Shown here: one piece after another, positions 17,424 through 25,785 of the stretch
Layout of the letters: each line of letters starts with the position of its first letter
How positions within the stretch are numbered: position 1 is the first letter of the stretch
NCBI GenBank assembly: GCA_964613815.1
Contig: CAZTKG010000002.1
Location: forward strand, 118,299 to 182,298
Source of the DNA: an uncultured Gammaproteobacteria bacterium
Lineage (GTDB): Bacteria > Patescibacteriota > Patescibacteriia > UBA9934
Length of the DNA stretch: 64,000 nucleotides
Direction of reading: 5' to 3'
Translations under genes and position numbers: made by a program
The notes under the pieces: generated by a model
Seen by the model: only the letters and a program-made list of their open reading frames with translations
Databases searched by the model: none
Told to the model about the DNA's origin: nothing

Positions 17424-18395
17424 ATGATTCATGTGGCGCTTGAGCACGGAAATGATCGGAGGGGGATGGTGTATAAGTCGCTTCGAGAGACGAATGATTT
17501 TTTTGATGCGCTTCGAGAGAAGAAGCGTATTTTGATTAAGGTGAATTTGGTTCATCATGAGCTGCAGCTTGCGAGTACGCATGTGGATGCGGTTCGAGGG
17601 GTTTTGGATGCGATTCGGCAGGTGACAGGAATGCCGGTGGTGATTGGGGATGGGGCTTATCATGGAACGCCGGCGGCTTTTCGTCATTTTGGATATGATC
17701 GGCTCGTTGATGAATATGAGCAGGTTTCGCTTGTGGATTTGAATGAAGGGGGTGTGCGTGATGGGCATTCTATTCGGGCTGATGGAGGGAAGAATGCGAT
17801 TCGGCGGGCGGATTTGGCGCATGAGGTGGATTTTCGGATTTCGCTTACGCCGATGAAGATGGATCAGGATGTTGCGGTTTCGCTTAGTGTGAAAAATTGG
17901 GTGATGGGGACGTGGATTGTGCCGCCGAGGATTAGTGCTTCTGGGCGAGTTTGGGCGCGGTGGCCTTGGATGCATGAAGAGGGGATTTGGGCTCAGCATG
18001 CGACGATATCGTCGCTCTTTCAGCAGCTTCCTTGTGATTGGGCGGTGGTTGATGGGGTGCTTGCGATGCAGGGGGATGGACCGGTTCGGGGTACTGCGAT
18101 TGAGGGGGAGGTGGTATTATCTGGAGGAGATCCAGTTGCGGTAGATGCGGTGGCGGCGACGCTTATGGGGGTTGATCCTGGGGATGTTGGGTATTTATCT
18201 ATGCTTGCGGAAGCGGATGTTGGGGCGATTGATTTAGGGACGGTGAATGTGCCGCCGATGATGATGGCTCAGTTGACGCGTGTATTTGAGCGGCCTGTTT
18301 GGTTTGAGGATCGGCTTGGGAAATGGCGGAATGCGGCCATCTCGACTGGAATGGAAAGATCTCTCGACGCTGCTCGAGATGGGAGAGAAAATTGA
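17424..18395 (+). CDS. DUF362 domain-containing protein
   Basis: The DUF362-type N-terminus is RILIKVNLVHHE...VVIGDGAY. The last ~15 codons are contributed by an RPE-like element. Confidence 0.55.
   Translation: MIHVALEHGNDRRGMVYKSLRETNDFFDALREKKRILIKVNLVHHELQLASTHVDAVRGVLDAIRQVTGMPVVIGDGAYHGTPAAFRHFGYDRLVDEYEQVSLVDLNEGGVRDGHSIRADGGKNAIRRADLAHEVDFRISLTPMKMDQDVAVSLSVKNWVMGTWIVPPRISASGRVWARWPWMHEEGIWAQHATISSLFQQLPCDWAVVDGVLAMQGDGPVRGTAIEGEVVLSGGDPVAVDAVAATLMGVDPGDVGYLSMLAEADVGAIDLGTVNVPPMMMAQLTRVFERPVWFEDRLGKWRNAAISTGMERSLDAARDGREN
18336..18385. repeat. RPE-like palindromic element (full, short) forming the 3' end of the DUF362 gene
   Basis: GCCATCTCGACTGGAATGGAAAGATCTCTCGACGCTGCTCGAGATGGGA. 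It is translated as ISTGMERSLDAARDG. Confidence 0.7.
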
Positions 18396-18411
18396 TTATT
18401 GAATATTTGAT

Positions 18412-18891
18412 ATGTCTACGTGTATTTTTCCGGGGAAGTTTCAGCCGTTTCATAACGGGCATATGCTTGTTGTTAAGGGGATGATGAAGGCTTGCGGGCG
18501 AGTTGCGATTGTGATTTGTGATGACAGTGGTGAGGATATGTTGTTTAGCTCGGAGAAGGTGCGGGAGATGATTAGTGCGGCGCTTCTTGATGAGGATATT
18601 GTGGATGCGGAAATTGTGGTGGTTGAGGATTGTGATACGGATGAGGAGTGGGCGGATAAGATTCTTGAGGCTTGCGATCGGCCTGATGGAGCGAAGGTTT
18701 GGAGTGGGCATGAGGATGTTCGGGCGCTTTTTGAGAAGATGGGGGTTGCTGTGCAGAAGGTTGTTCCGGTGCCGGGGATTGATAGTGGGGAGATTCGGGA
18801 GATGATTTTGAGCGGGAAGAAGACTTGGGAGAAAAAGGTTCCCGGGGATGTTGGACGGTTGATTCGTGTGCAGATGGCGGATTCGGAGTAG
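18412..18891 (+). CDS. Nicotinamide-nucleotide adenylyltransferase-like cytidylyltransferase (archaeal NMNAT type)
   Basis: The G(K)FQPFHNGH motif is the (H/T)xGH nucleotidyltransferase signature. ~160 aa, as for archaeal NadM-type NMNAT. Confidence 0.6.
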   Translation: MSTCIFPGKFQPFHNGHMLVVKGMMKACGRVAIVICDDSGEDMLFSSEKVREMISAALLDEDIVDAEIVVVEDCDTDEEWADKILEACDRPDGAKVWSGHEDVRALFEKMGVAVQKVVPVPGIDSGEIREMILSGKKTWEKKVPGDVGRLIRVQMADSE

Positions 18892-18907
18892 AGTTGTTGT
18901 TTGTTGA

Positions 18908-18936
18908 TTGACAAAATGCCACGTTCGTGGTATTTT
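18908..18936 (+). promoter_or_regulatory. Sigma70-like promoter TTGACA-N17-TGG-TATTTT
   Basis: Same architecture as 5272, 15207 and 19255. Confidence 0.45.
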
Positions 18937-18957
18937 TTGGTTGTCTTGGAGGTTATT

Positions 18958-19170
18958 ATGGCCAAAAGACGCGGTAAAAGGCCGCAAAATCCTGGGAAAC
19001 CAGGTCAGGAACGGGCTCGAGAGACTTCTCGTCTCGAATGTCCAAGTCCTGTTCGTCGTAATCCCGTTGCTTTGCTTGCGCTTCGGCGTCATGGTGGGGT
19101 AATGGATTCTAAGCGCGGTAAGCGGGGGTACCGTAGACGCGCAAAACATCAGAACCGTGGAGAGATTTGA
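18958..19170 (+). CDS. Small highly basic protein (70 aa; ~30% R/K)
   Basis: Strong GGAGG RBS and ATG at 18958. The composition resembles nucleic-acid-binding or ribosomal-like small proteins, with no motif recognised. Confidence 0.3.
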   Translation: MAKRRGKRPQNPGKPGQERARETSRLECPSPVRRNPVALLALRRHGGVMDSKRGKRGYRRRAKHQNRGEI

Positions 19171-19254
19171 TGCTTTCGCTTTCAATCGTGCACGCCTTGA
19201 ATGAGGCGTGTTTCGCATTTTTGAGGATTTTTGGGTGTTTTTGTCTAGTTTATC

Positions 19255-19283
19255 TTGACAAAATGGGGTTTTTATGGTATGTT
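19255..19283 (+). promoter_or_regulatory. Sigma70-like promoter TTGACA-N17-TGG-TATGTT
   Basis: Same architecture as above. It lies upstream of the GC-rich cassette array. Confidence 0.45.
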
Positions 19284-19388
19284 TGTCTGTTGTATTTTTT
19301 AAAAAATGATGAGAAATGTGTTGATTTTTCAGGGATATTTAGCGACTCTCCTCCTAAATATGCCTGTTCTATCAATCTGAGGTGAAAT

Positions 19389-19787
19389 TTGAGTTTTGTT
19401 GCGTTTTTGATCGCTGCAGCCGCGATGGTGGCGCCCAAGAAGGGTATCGCTGGCGTGTTCTCGCGGCGGGCAAAGTCTGTGCCGATGACGACGGTGTCGT
19501 ATCAGCAGGGGCTGGATATGCTGCTTGGAATGGGTGGCGACGGCGCGTTGTCTTGCTGGGTCGATTCTGGGGTGCGCGTTGACGTGCTTCGGGACGGTCA
19601 GCATGATGGAACCGTGTGGCTGGAGGCGGACTCTAGCGATTACGGTTTTGATCTCGGAGCGCTTTTGAGCTGGGGTGTTAGCCATGAGATGAATGTTCGG
19701 CTTCGGTCGGTTGTTTCTCAGGGTGAAGTCTTCCAGCTGTCTGATGACGCTGCTTTGTGCAGCGTGTATCGGGTGCACTTCCGTTAA
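19389..19787 (+). CDS. Small hypothetical protein, cassette 1 of GC-rich array (TTG start, or ATG at 19425)
   Basis: GC-rich codons with C-ending preference, a hydrophobic N-terminus, and a downstream CTCCGCGCA-ATTG-TGCGCGGAG terminator. Confidence 0.4.
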   Translation: MSFVAFLIAAAAMVAPKKGIAGVFSRRAKSVPMTTVSYQQGLDMLLGMGGDGALSCWVDSGVRVDVLRDGQHDGTVWLEADSSDYGFDLGALLSWGVSHEMNVRLRSVVSQGEVFQLSDDAALCSVYRVHFR

Positions 19788-19793
19788 CGCTTG

Positions 19794-19832
19794 GGTCTCC
19801 GCGCAATTGTGCGCGGAGGCCTGGACTCTTTT
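19794..19832 (+). terminator. Cassette terminator hairpin CTCCGCGCAATTGTGCGCGGAG + T-run
   Basis: A perfect 9-bp stem with an ATTG loop and TTTTTT. Related hairpins follow each cassette (20383, 20863, 21374). Confidence 0.7.
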
Positions 19833-19902
19833 TTGAAGAGATGAATGTGTCCATTTATGTGGATGCGAAATTTTTTCAATTCAATCTGCATGGAGGTAAA
19901 TC

Positions 19903-20361
19903 ATGCGTTTGTTCTTGTATAGCATGGCCCTTTGGGGTTGTGCTGAGATGATGCATTCGTCTGGCGAAGAGGTGGTCGTGGCTGCTGAAGTGCCTGTGAA
20001 CGTTCGTCCGGAAGGGCATGTTGAGCTGGTTTCGGGAGTGTATGCTCCCGATGATACCCTCATCAATTTCATGGGACGGACAAGCCTGGATCACTTCGAG
20101 GAAGTGGTTCGAGGTGGTTCCGGTCGACGGGTCACGGCTTGTCGGATAGAGTCCTTCTGGCTTCTTCGCGGCTATTCAATGCCGATCTCATCTGCGAGGC
20201 CGCGTCAATCCGAGATTTCGACGGTTGTCGACATGCTGGACTGGCTCACTGGTCCGCTTCCGGCTCCGACTGTCATGTCGGTTGATGTGTATCGCTTGGC
20301 CAGTGACTGTCTCATCATCGAGGTGGACTGGCAGGGCGTTCACGGCATCGACGTGGACTAG
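19903..20361 (+). CDS. Small hypothetical protein, cassette 2 (152 aa)
   Basis: Conserved leader ...GCATGGAGGTAAATC-ATG, a hydrophobic N-terminus (MRLFLYSMALWGC) and GC-rich codon usage. Confidence 0.45.
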   Translation: MRLFLYSMALWGCAEMMHSSGEEVVVAAEVPVNVRPEGHVELVSGVYAPDDTLINFMGRTSLDHFEEVVRGGSGRRVTACRIESFWLLRGYSMPISSARPRQSEISTVVDMLDWLTGPLPAPTVMSVDVYRLASDCLIIEVDWQGVHGIDVD

Positions 20362-20382
20362 GTTCGCCTGTTCCTTCGTGGT

Positions 20383-20420
20383 CCCTCGCGCAGCGTGTGC
20401 GAGGGGCCGAGACTCTTTTG
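20383..20420 (+). terminator. Cassette terminator hairpin CCCTCGCGCA-GCGT-GTGCGAGGG + T-run
   Basis: Sequence inspection. Confidence 0.6.
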
Positions 20421-20491
20421 TTGAAGTGATAGATGTGCTTGCCATTAATTTGGTGAGTGAATCGTTTCTTCAACCGCATGGAGGTAAAACC

Positions 20492-20842
20492 ATGCTCGAG
20501 ATGTTGTACGCTGTGCTTTTGGCACATTCCGTTTCCGTTCCTGTCGTCGATATCGTGCCTGGTGAAATGACTCATCAGGACTTGATCGACGAGGCGATGG
20601 AGGGTGGAGATCCGAAGCTCGTCACCTGTCCGATGAAGATCGAGGGCCAGGCGGTCGATTTGATCCAGGCTCTCGGCCAGTGGCCGGCGCCGGTGCTTGC
20701 CATCGTCGTCCCCCGGGACACGATGGATCTCGGGGAGGCCGAGCAGCACTTCATCGTCGACGGAATTCGGCCGACGCTGTACGATGCCGCCTATGTCGAC
20801 ACGGTCGACGGGCAGTGCGTGGTGGCAGCGTACGGCTGGTAG
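20492..20842 (+). CDS. Small hypothetical protein, cassette 3 (116 aa), paralog of cassette 4
   Basis: Conserved leader ...GCATGGAGGTAAAACC-ATG. PVVDIVPGEMTHQDLIDEAMEGGDP aligns with PVADVGADEVIDMYEFAMEIGPHGP of cassette 4. Confidence 0.5.
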   Translation: MLEMLYAVLLAHSVSVPVVDIVPGEMTHQDLIDEAMEGGDPKLVTCPMKIEGQAVDLIQALGQWPAPVLAIVVPRDTMDLGEAEQHFIVDGIRPTLYDAAYVDTVDGQCVVAAYGW

Positions 20843-20862
20843 AGCTGTTTCAATCTTGGTTT

Positions 20863-20905
20863 GCCCCCGCGCGATTGTGCGCGGGGGCGGCCACCGATTC
20901 TTTGT
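20863..20905 (+). terminator. Cassette terminator hairpin GCCCCCGCGCG-ATTG-TGCGCGGGGGC
   Basis: Perfect 11-bp stem, ATTG loop, T-rich tail. Confidence 0.65.
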
Positions 20906-20974
20906 TTGATGGCATAATGATGGTAATCCCTCCTGGGGTTATCGGTCTCGTTTCATCAATCGATGGAGATTCTA

Positions 20975-21349
20975 ATGAATCCAGTTCTTGCGGCATGTGC
21001 CGCTTCGTTCCTTCAGTGTCTGGGCGGCCACGGTCGTCCGGTGGCGGACGTGGGTGCCGATGAAGTCATCGACATGTACGAATTCGCGATGGAGATTGGC
21101 CCGCACGGGCCGTTCGCGATCGTGTGCGATCGTGTGCATCGGCGCGTGGACGTCAAGGTCTACGATGTGCGGGGCGATTTGCTCCGCGCGACCGAGTTCA
21201 ACGGTGAGGGTTTCGCCACGTGGTGGGACATGCTGTCTCTCGTGTCCGGCGATTTCGCCTACGCGCTCGATGGTGGGTTCGTGACCACCACCAAGCACGG
21301 TATCTGTGCTGAGGTGTGGCTCCTGCCGAGTCCGGGACCCCTTCGTTAG
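20975..21349 (+). CDS. Small hypothetical protein, cassette 4 (124 aa; or from ATG 20963)
   Basis: GGAG RBS before the ATG at 20975. It is homologous to cassette 3 and GC-rich. Confidence 0.45.
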   Translation: MNPVLAACAASFLQCLGGHGRPVADVGADEVIDMYEFAMEIGPHGPFAIVCDRVHRRVDVKVYDVRGDLLRATEFNGEGFATWWDMLSLVSGDFAYALDGGFVTTTKHGICAEVWLLPSPGPLR

Positions 21350-21373
21350 TCGGGCAACGATGTTTGCTCGATG

Positions 21374-21402
21374 CCTCCCGCGTTTGTTCGCGGGAGGTTT
21401 TA
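21374..21402 (+). terminator. Cassette terminator hairpin CCTCCCGCG-TTTGTT-CGCGGGAGG + T-run
   Basis: Sequence inspection. Confidence 0.65.
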
Positions 21403-21433
21403 AGTTTGAAGAAAAAAATCCACCCTTGTTGAT

Positions 21434-21823
21434 CTACTTGATGTTGATTCGGTAGGTCAGGGTGGTGACTTGGTGCATCTCTTTGGCGATTTTGGCGGCA
21501 CAGGGTTCGATGGGGCCGTCTGTCAGCGCGTGTTTGATGGAAGTCAGAGGCGCTTTTTCCGAGTCGGCTGCGCGTTGGAGTGTGATTGAGACTTGACCGA
21601 CTCTGTTTGTCATGGCGCATGCGATTGCGATGATTTCCATGATTTTATGGAGCGCCTTGAGGCGACCAAGTTTGTCGGTTGCGGGGATGTTTCCGCAAGC
21701 GTCCCAGAGATTTGCTTCGCGGGAGGGGGAGACGGCGGATCTGGTGAGGGTTGCCGTTTGCTCCTCGAAGTTGATACGGATGCTGAGCTCTTCGCCGTTT
21801 TGGAATGCGAAGGAGTTGATCAT
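21434..21823 (-). CDS. Hypothetical protein (129 aa)
   Basis: Clean ORF with no motif recognised. GC-rich like the adjacent array. Confidence 0.35.
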   Translation of the reverse strand: MINSFAFQNGEELSIRINFEEQTATLTRSAVSPSREANLWDACGNIPATDKLGRLKALHKIMEIIAIACAMTNRVGQVSITLQRAADSEKAPLTSIKHALTDGPIEPCAAKIAKEMHQVTTLTYRINIK

Positions 21824-21904
21824 GATTTTCTCCGAAAGAGCGATTGTCGGGGTGATTTTAGCTTAGATTTTAGATAAGTCAATAAAAAAATGACGCAGGA
21901 GGCG

Positions 21905-22453
21905 TCAGTGAGGGCGAATGGTGGTGATGGTTCGAGCGACGAGAGTCATGACATTGTCATCTTGAGGGTATTCGTGTGCCGTGTCGATGGTGAGATGCTC
22001 GTTCCTCTCGTCGTGTGTCGTGACACGCACGAGTGTTGTTGGGGTGTTTCGGCCTGGGAAGTCGTGGTAGAGATCGATGATGGTTGTGCGATCGATCAGG
22101 CTCGATAGCGCTGTTTCTGGAACGCCGTGATCGCTTGTTGTCCAGATTCGGGTTTCGATTCGTCGTCCATGAGCTTTGACCCACCATTCGTTGGAGTTTG
22201 CTCCACGGAAGATATTTGCTCTCTTTAGATTAGGTGGCGGGCTACCTGTGCAGCAGAGGAGTTCTGCGAATTTGATTTTAGGTCCAGTGATGATGACGAA
22301 GTGACTTGTGCCAATGATGGCTGCGCGAACGACGTGTCCGTTCCATGGAATCGCTGTTTCGGCGAAGGTGGTGAATGTATCTGCTGGAAATTGATCGACA
22401 CTTGCCGGATCGAGATAGTGATGGAAGGTGAGATCGTGGATTGAGAGGGGCAT
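21905..22453 (-). CDS. Hypothetical protein (182 aa)
   Basis: Clean ORF with no confident family assignment. Confidence 0.4.
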   Translation of the reverse strand: MPLSIHDLTFHHYLDPASVDQFPADTFTTFAETAIPWNGHVVRAAIIGTSHFVIITGPKIKFAELLCCTGSPPPNLKRANIFRGANSNEWWVKAHGRRIETRIWTTSDHGVPETALSSLIDRTTIIDLYHDFPGRNTPTTLVRVTTHDERNEHLTIDTAHEYPQDDNVMTLVARTITTIRPH

Positions 22454-22548
22454 CTTGGCTCCGAATGAACGTGGGGGAGAGGTTATCGGTTTTTTGTGTT
22501 GGCGTCAAGTTGTTTGGGTAAAAAATAGCCCGCTGAGATTGCGGGATG

Positions 22549-23043
22549 TTAGTTCATGGTTGGGTCTCGTGTGGTGTGCGCGTTTCGGGATTCCATGTAG
22601 ATGCGGACGGAGGGAAGTTTGGATTCATGATCCGTCCATGTTTGATGCGGGATGGCGGTAATTCCTGGGTATTCCATCAGGATGACTCGGAAATTATCTT
22701 GAGGGATGTATGCGCCAAGAACGATGATCGCTCTGATAAGCTTACCGGTGAACTGCGAATCCGGATTTTTTGCTGTTTCGCAATGTTGCGTAAGGGCGCC
22801 TAAGAGACCGTGCAGGCAGCTTGCAGTTCCGAGGAGGAATTGGAATCGGTTTTCTCTTCGGGTTGTTTCTGCGTGTTGACATGCTGTTTGTAGCGCTCTG
22901 ACTTCAGCTTCTAGCTCTTGGATGACGCTCATCTTTTCGTAGATAATTACGCCTGCTGATGTTCTTGTCGCTTGGAGTCTTTTTCGCGTGCGGAGGATTG
23001 TGATGATGAGGAAGAGGATGATTGCGGAGGGGAGAAGGAGCAT
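22549..23043 (-). CDS. Hypothetical membrane-anchored protein (164 aa)
   Basis: N-terminal TM helix (LLLPSAIILFLIITIL); no motif recognised. Confidence 0.35.
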   Translation of the reverse strand: MLLLPSAIILFLIITILRTRKRLQATRTSAGVIIYEKMSVIQELEAEVRALQTACQHAETTRRENRFQFLLGTASCLHGLLGALTQHCETAKNPDSQFTGKLIRAIIVLGAYIPQDNFRVILMEYPGITAIPHQTWTDHESKLPSVRIYMESRNAHTTRDPTMN

Positions 23044-23168
23044 TGATGGCCTCGAATGAGCGTGGAGACCATACCTTGAATATTGAGATTTGTGAATGGT
23101 TATGATACTGTGGGCTCACAATTTGATCCCACCTAACCCTAGTAAATGGGTTTGTGGGCGTTTTTCTT

Positions 23169-25247
23169 ATGACATTTAAACTTCACTCACATTACGAACC
23201 TGCTGGTGATCAACCGAAAGCGATTGATCAGCTTTGTGATGGGCTGGAAAAGGGCATGAAGGGGCAGACGCTTTTGGGGGTGACGGGGTCTGGGAAGACG
23301 TTTACGATGGCGAATGTGATTGAGCGGGTGCAGCGGCCGACGCTTGTGATTGCGCATAACAAGACGCTTGCGGCGCAGCTTTGTAGTGAGTTTCGGTCGT
23401 TTTTTCCGGAGAATGCGGTGGAATATTTTGTTTCTTATTATGATTATTATCAGCCTGAGGCGTATATGCCTCGGTCGGATACGTATATTGAAAAAGAGGC
23501 GCAGGTGAATGAGGAGATTGATCGGTTGCGGCATAGTGCGACGAAATCACTTTTGTCGCGACGGGATGTGATCGTGGTTGCTTCGGTGAGTTGTATTTAT
23601 GGACTTGGGTCGCCGGATGAGTATAAAGATGTGGTTTTGGAGTTGAAGGTTGGGCAGGATATTGATCGTGCGGCGTTTTTGCGGCAGCTTGTTGGGATGT
23701 ATTACGAACGTACGACGACAGTTGTGGAGCGTGGGAAGTTTCGGGCGCTTGGGGATGTGGTGGAGGTGCAGCCGGCGAGTGAGAAGAAGTCGATGTATCG
23801 TGTGACCATGGACGGTGGGAAGGTGCATGAGATTTTTTTGCTTGATCCGTTGACGCGGAAGATTAAGGATCGGTTGCAGAATTTGTGGTTGTTTCCGAAT
23901 AAGCATTATGTGGTTGGGTCTGATCGGGTGGAGAATGCGCTTTCGCGGATTCGGCATGAGCTTGATGAGCGGTTGGAAGAGCTTGATGGGCAGGGGAAGG
24001 TTTTGGAGCATGCGCGGCTCAAACAGCGGACGAAGTATGACATTGAGATGATTAAGAATTTAGGGTATTGCAATGGGATTGAGAATTATTCTCGGCATTT
24101 TGAGGGGCGGAAGGCTGGGGAACCGGCGTCTACATTGCTTAGTTATTTTCCAGATGATTTTTTGACGGTTATTGATGAGAGTCATGTGACGGTTTCGCAG
24201 GTTCGGGCGATGTATGCAGGGGATCAGGCGCGGAAGAAGACGCTTATTGATCATGGGTTTCGATTGCCGAGTGCGGCGGATAATCGGCCGCTTCAGTTTG
24301 AGGAATTTGAGGAGCAGGTTGGGCAGACGGTTTATGTGAGTGCGACGCCGGGGAATTATGAGGGGGATCATTCTGATCAGGTGGTTGAGCAGATTGTGCG
24401 GCCGACGGGGCTTGTGGACCCGCGGATTGTGATTCGGCCGGTTACGGAGGGTGTGAAGCCTGGCGGGGCGAAAGGGATTGATTTTGTTGAGATGTTGGGG
24501 GTTGAAATTGATGCGGAGGTTCCGGCATTGGGGCAGGTTGATGATCTTATTGAGAGGGTGAAGGTTGTTATTGAAAATAAGGGGCGCAGTTTGGTGACGA
24601 CGCTTACGAAGAAAATGGCGGAGGATTTGACGCAGTTTTTGGTTGAGGAGGGGATGAAGGTTCAGTATTTACATAGTGGGGTGCAGACGTTTGAGCGGAT
24701 TGAGGTTTTGAGTAAGTTGCGGGAAGGAGTGTATGACATTGTGGTTGGGGTGAATTTGCTTCGAGAGGGGCTTGACTTGCCAGAGGTGCAGCTTGTGGCG
24801 ATTTTGGATGCGGATAAAGAGGGGTTTTTGCGGAGTGAGACGTCGCTTGTGCAGACGATTGGGCGGGCGGCTCGGAATGCGGATGGGTATGTGGTGTTGT
24901 ATGCAGATAAGATGACGGGGAGTATGAAGCGTGCGCTTGTGGAGACGAAGCGGCGACGGGATATTCAGGAAGCTTATAACGAAGAACACGGGATTACGCC
25001 GACGACGATTGTGAAAAAAGTGGATGATATTCGGGACATGATTTCGATGCCGGAATCGACGGATGATGTGCTCGATGTGGAGCTTACTGCGAGTGTCGCG
25101 GAGCTTGATGAGGCGATTTTTGATAAGACAGATGAAATGAAGAAGGCGGCGGCGAATTTGTTGTTTGAGACGGCTGCGCGGTTGCGGGATGAGATTGAGC
25201 TTTTGAAGAAAGAGCGGGCGGGGAGGATTGAGGATGGGGGTGCATAG
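23169..25247 (+). CDS. uvrB: Excinuclease ABC subunit B
   Basis: Walker A GVTGSGKT, the helicase motifs and the UvrB-type C-terminus. ATG 23169 gives MTFKLHS, the canonical UvrB N-terminus. Confidence 0.9.
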   Translation: MTFKLHSHYEPAGDQPKAIDQLCDGLEKGMKGQTLLGVTGSGKTFTMANVIERVQRPTLVIAHNKTLAAQLCSEFRSFFPENAVEYFVSYYDYYQPEAYMPRSDTYIEKEAQVNEEIDRLRHSATKSLLSRRDVIVVASVSCIYGLGSPDEYKDVVLELKVGQDIDRAAFLRQLVGMYYERTTTVVERGKFRALGDVVEVQPASEKKSMYRVTMDGGKVHEIFLLDPLTRKIKDRLQNLWLFPNKHYVVGSDRVENALSRIRHELDERLEELDGQGKVLEHARLKQRTKYDIEMIKNLGYCNGIENYSRHFEGRKAGEPASTLLSYFPDDFLTVIDESHVTVSQVRAMYAGDQARKKTLIDHGFRLPSAADNRPLQFEEFEEQVGQTVYVSATPGNYEGDHSDQVVEQIVRPTGLVDPRIVIRPVTEGVKPGGAKGIDFVEMLGVEIDAEVPALGQVDDLIERVKVVIENKGRSLVTTLTKKMAEDLTQFLVEEGMKVQYLHSGVQTFERIEVLSKLREGVYDIVVGVNLLREGLDLPEVQLVAILDADKEGFLRSETSLVQTIGRAARNADGYVVLYADKMTGSMKRALVETKRRRDIQEAYNEEHGITPTTIVKKVDDIRDMISMPESTDDVLDVELTASVAELDEAIFDKTDEMKKAAANLLFETAARLRDEIELLKKERAGRIEDGGA

Positions 25248-25251
25248 GGGT

Positions 25252-25332
25252 TCCCATCTCGACCGAGTGTAATGAGTGGAGAGATCTGGTTTAACAGGGC
25301 TGCAGGATCTCTCCGCGTTGGTCGAGATGGGA
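25252..25332. repeat. RPE-like palindromic element (full, 81 bp with internal insertion) immediately after uvrB stop
   Basis: TCCCATCTCGACCGAGTGTAATGAGTGGAGAGATCTGG...GGATCTCTCCGCGTTGGTCGAGATGGGA, followed by a T-run, so it is a likely terminator. Confidence 0.8.
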
Positions 25333-25346
25333 TGGAAGAGGTTTTT

Positions 25347-25382
25347 GATTCCGAATGGATCCTTCGACCCTCAGGATGACAC
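25347..25382. promoter_or_regulatory. Conserved motif GATTCCGAATGGATCCTTCGAC-N7-GGATGACA (copy 2 of 3)
   Basis: It matches 5649-5685 and 37723-37758. Confidence 0.4.
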
Positions 25383-25785
25383 ACGGGGGAAGTGAAAGCC
25401 GCTCCCCGAACGAGGTCGGGGGGCGGCTAGGTGCAACACTGTTACGCCCGGTCGGTGAGCATCAATCTTGTGGACTGCGCAGGGTACCTGGGGTGCGGCG
25501 ATCGCGGTCCAGGATGGCGTCTACGTGATTTCCTCGAATGAGGTCCGATGGGTGGGCAGTACTGTTTGGTCGGTGGGGCGTATTGTGAGAACCCGCCACG
25601 GCCGAGGATGTACGTTTTCATCTTGCGTTCCGAATGATTCCGCATGCCGGTGGTGTGCTGCGCTTTACTGTGCGATGCTGAGCGATGCAAACGTTCGTGA
25701 ATCACGAGAAGCATGCAAGGTGATGTGATAGTGATTGCCTTTGTATTATAAGAAGGTTTGAGAGGAAATTGATAATTGATTGTGT

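Noticed and set aside
25383-25785. tmRNA, RNase P RNA or SRP RNA in the GC-rich uvrB-uvrA spacer
   Set aside because: I could not find the tmRNA GGGG...ACCA acceptor/T-arm ends, the RNase P P4 (GGAAAGUCCGG) or ACAGAAcCCGGCUUA motifs, or the SRP GGUCCGGAAGGAAGCAGC motif on either strand. It is left as an unassigned candidate only.
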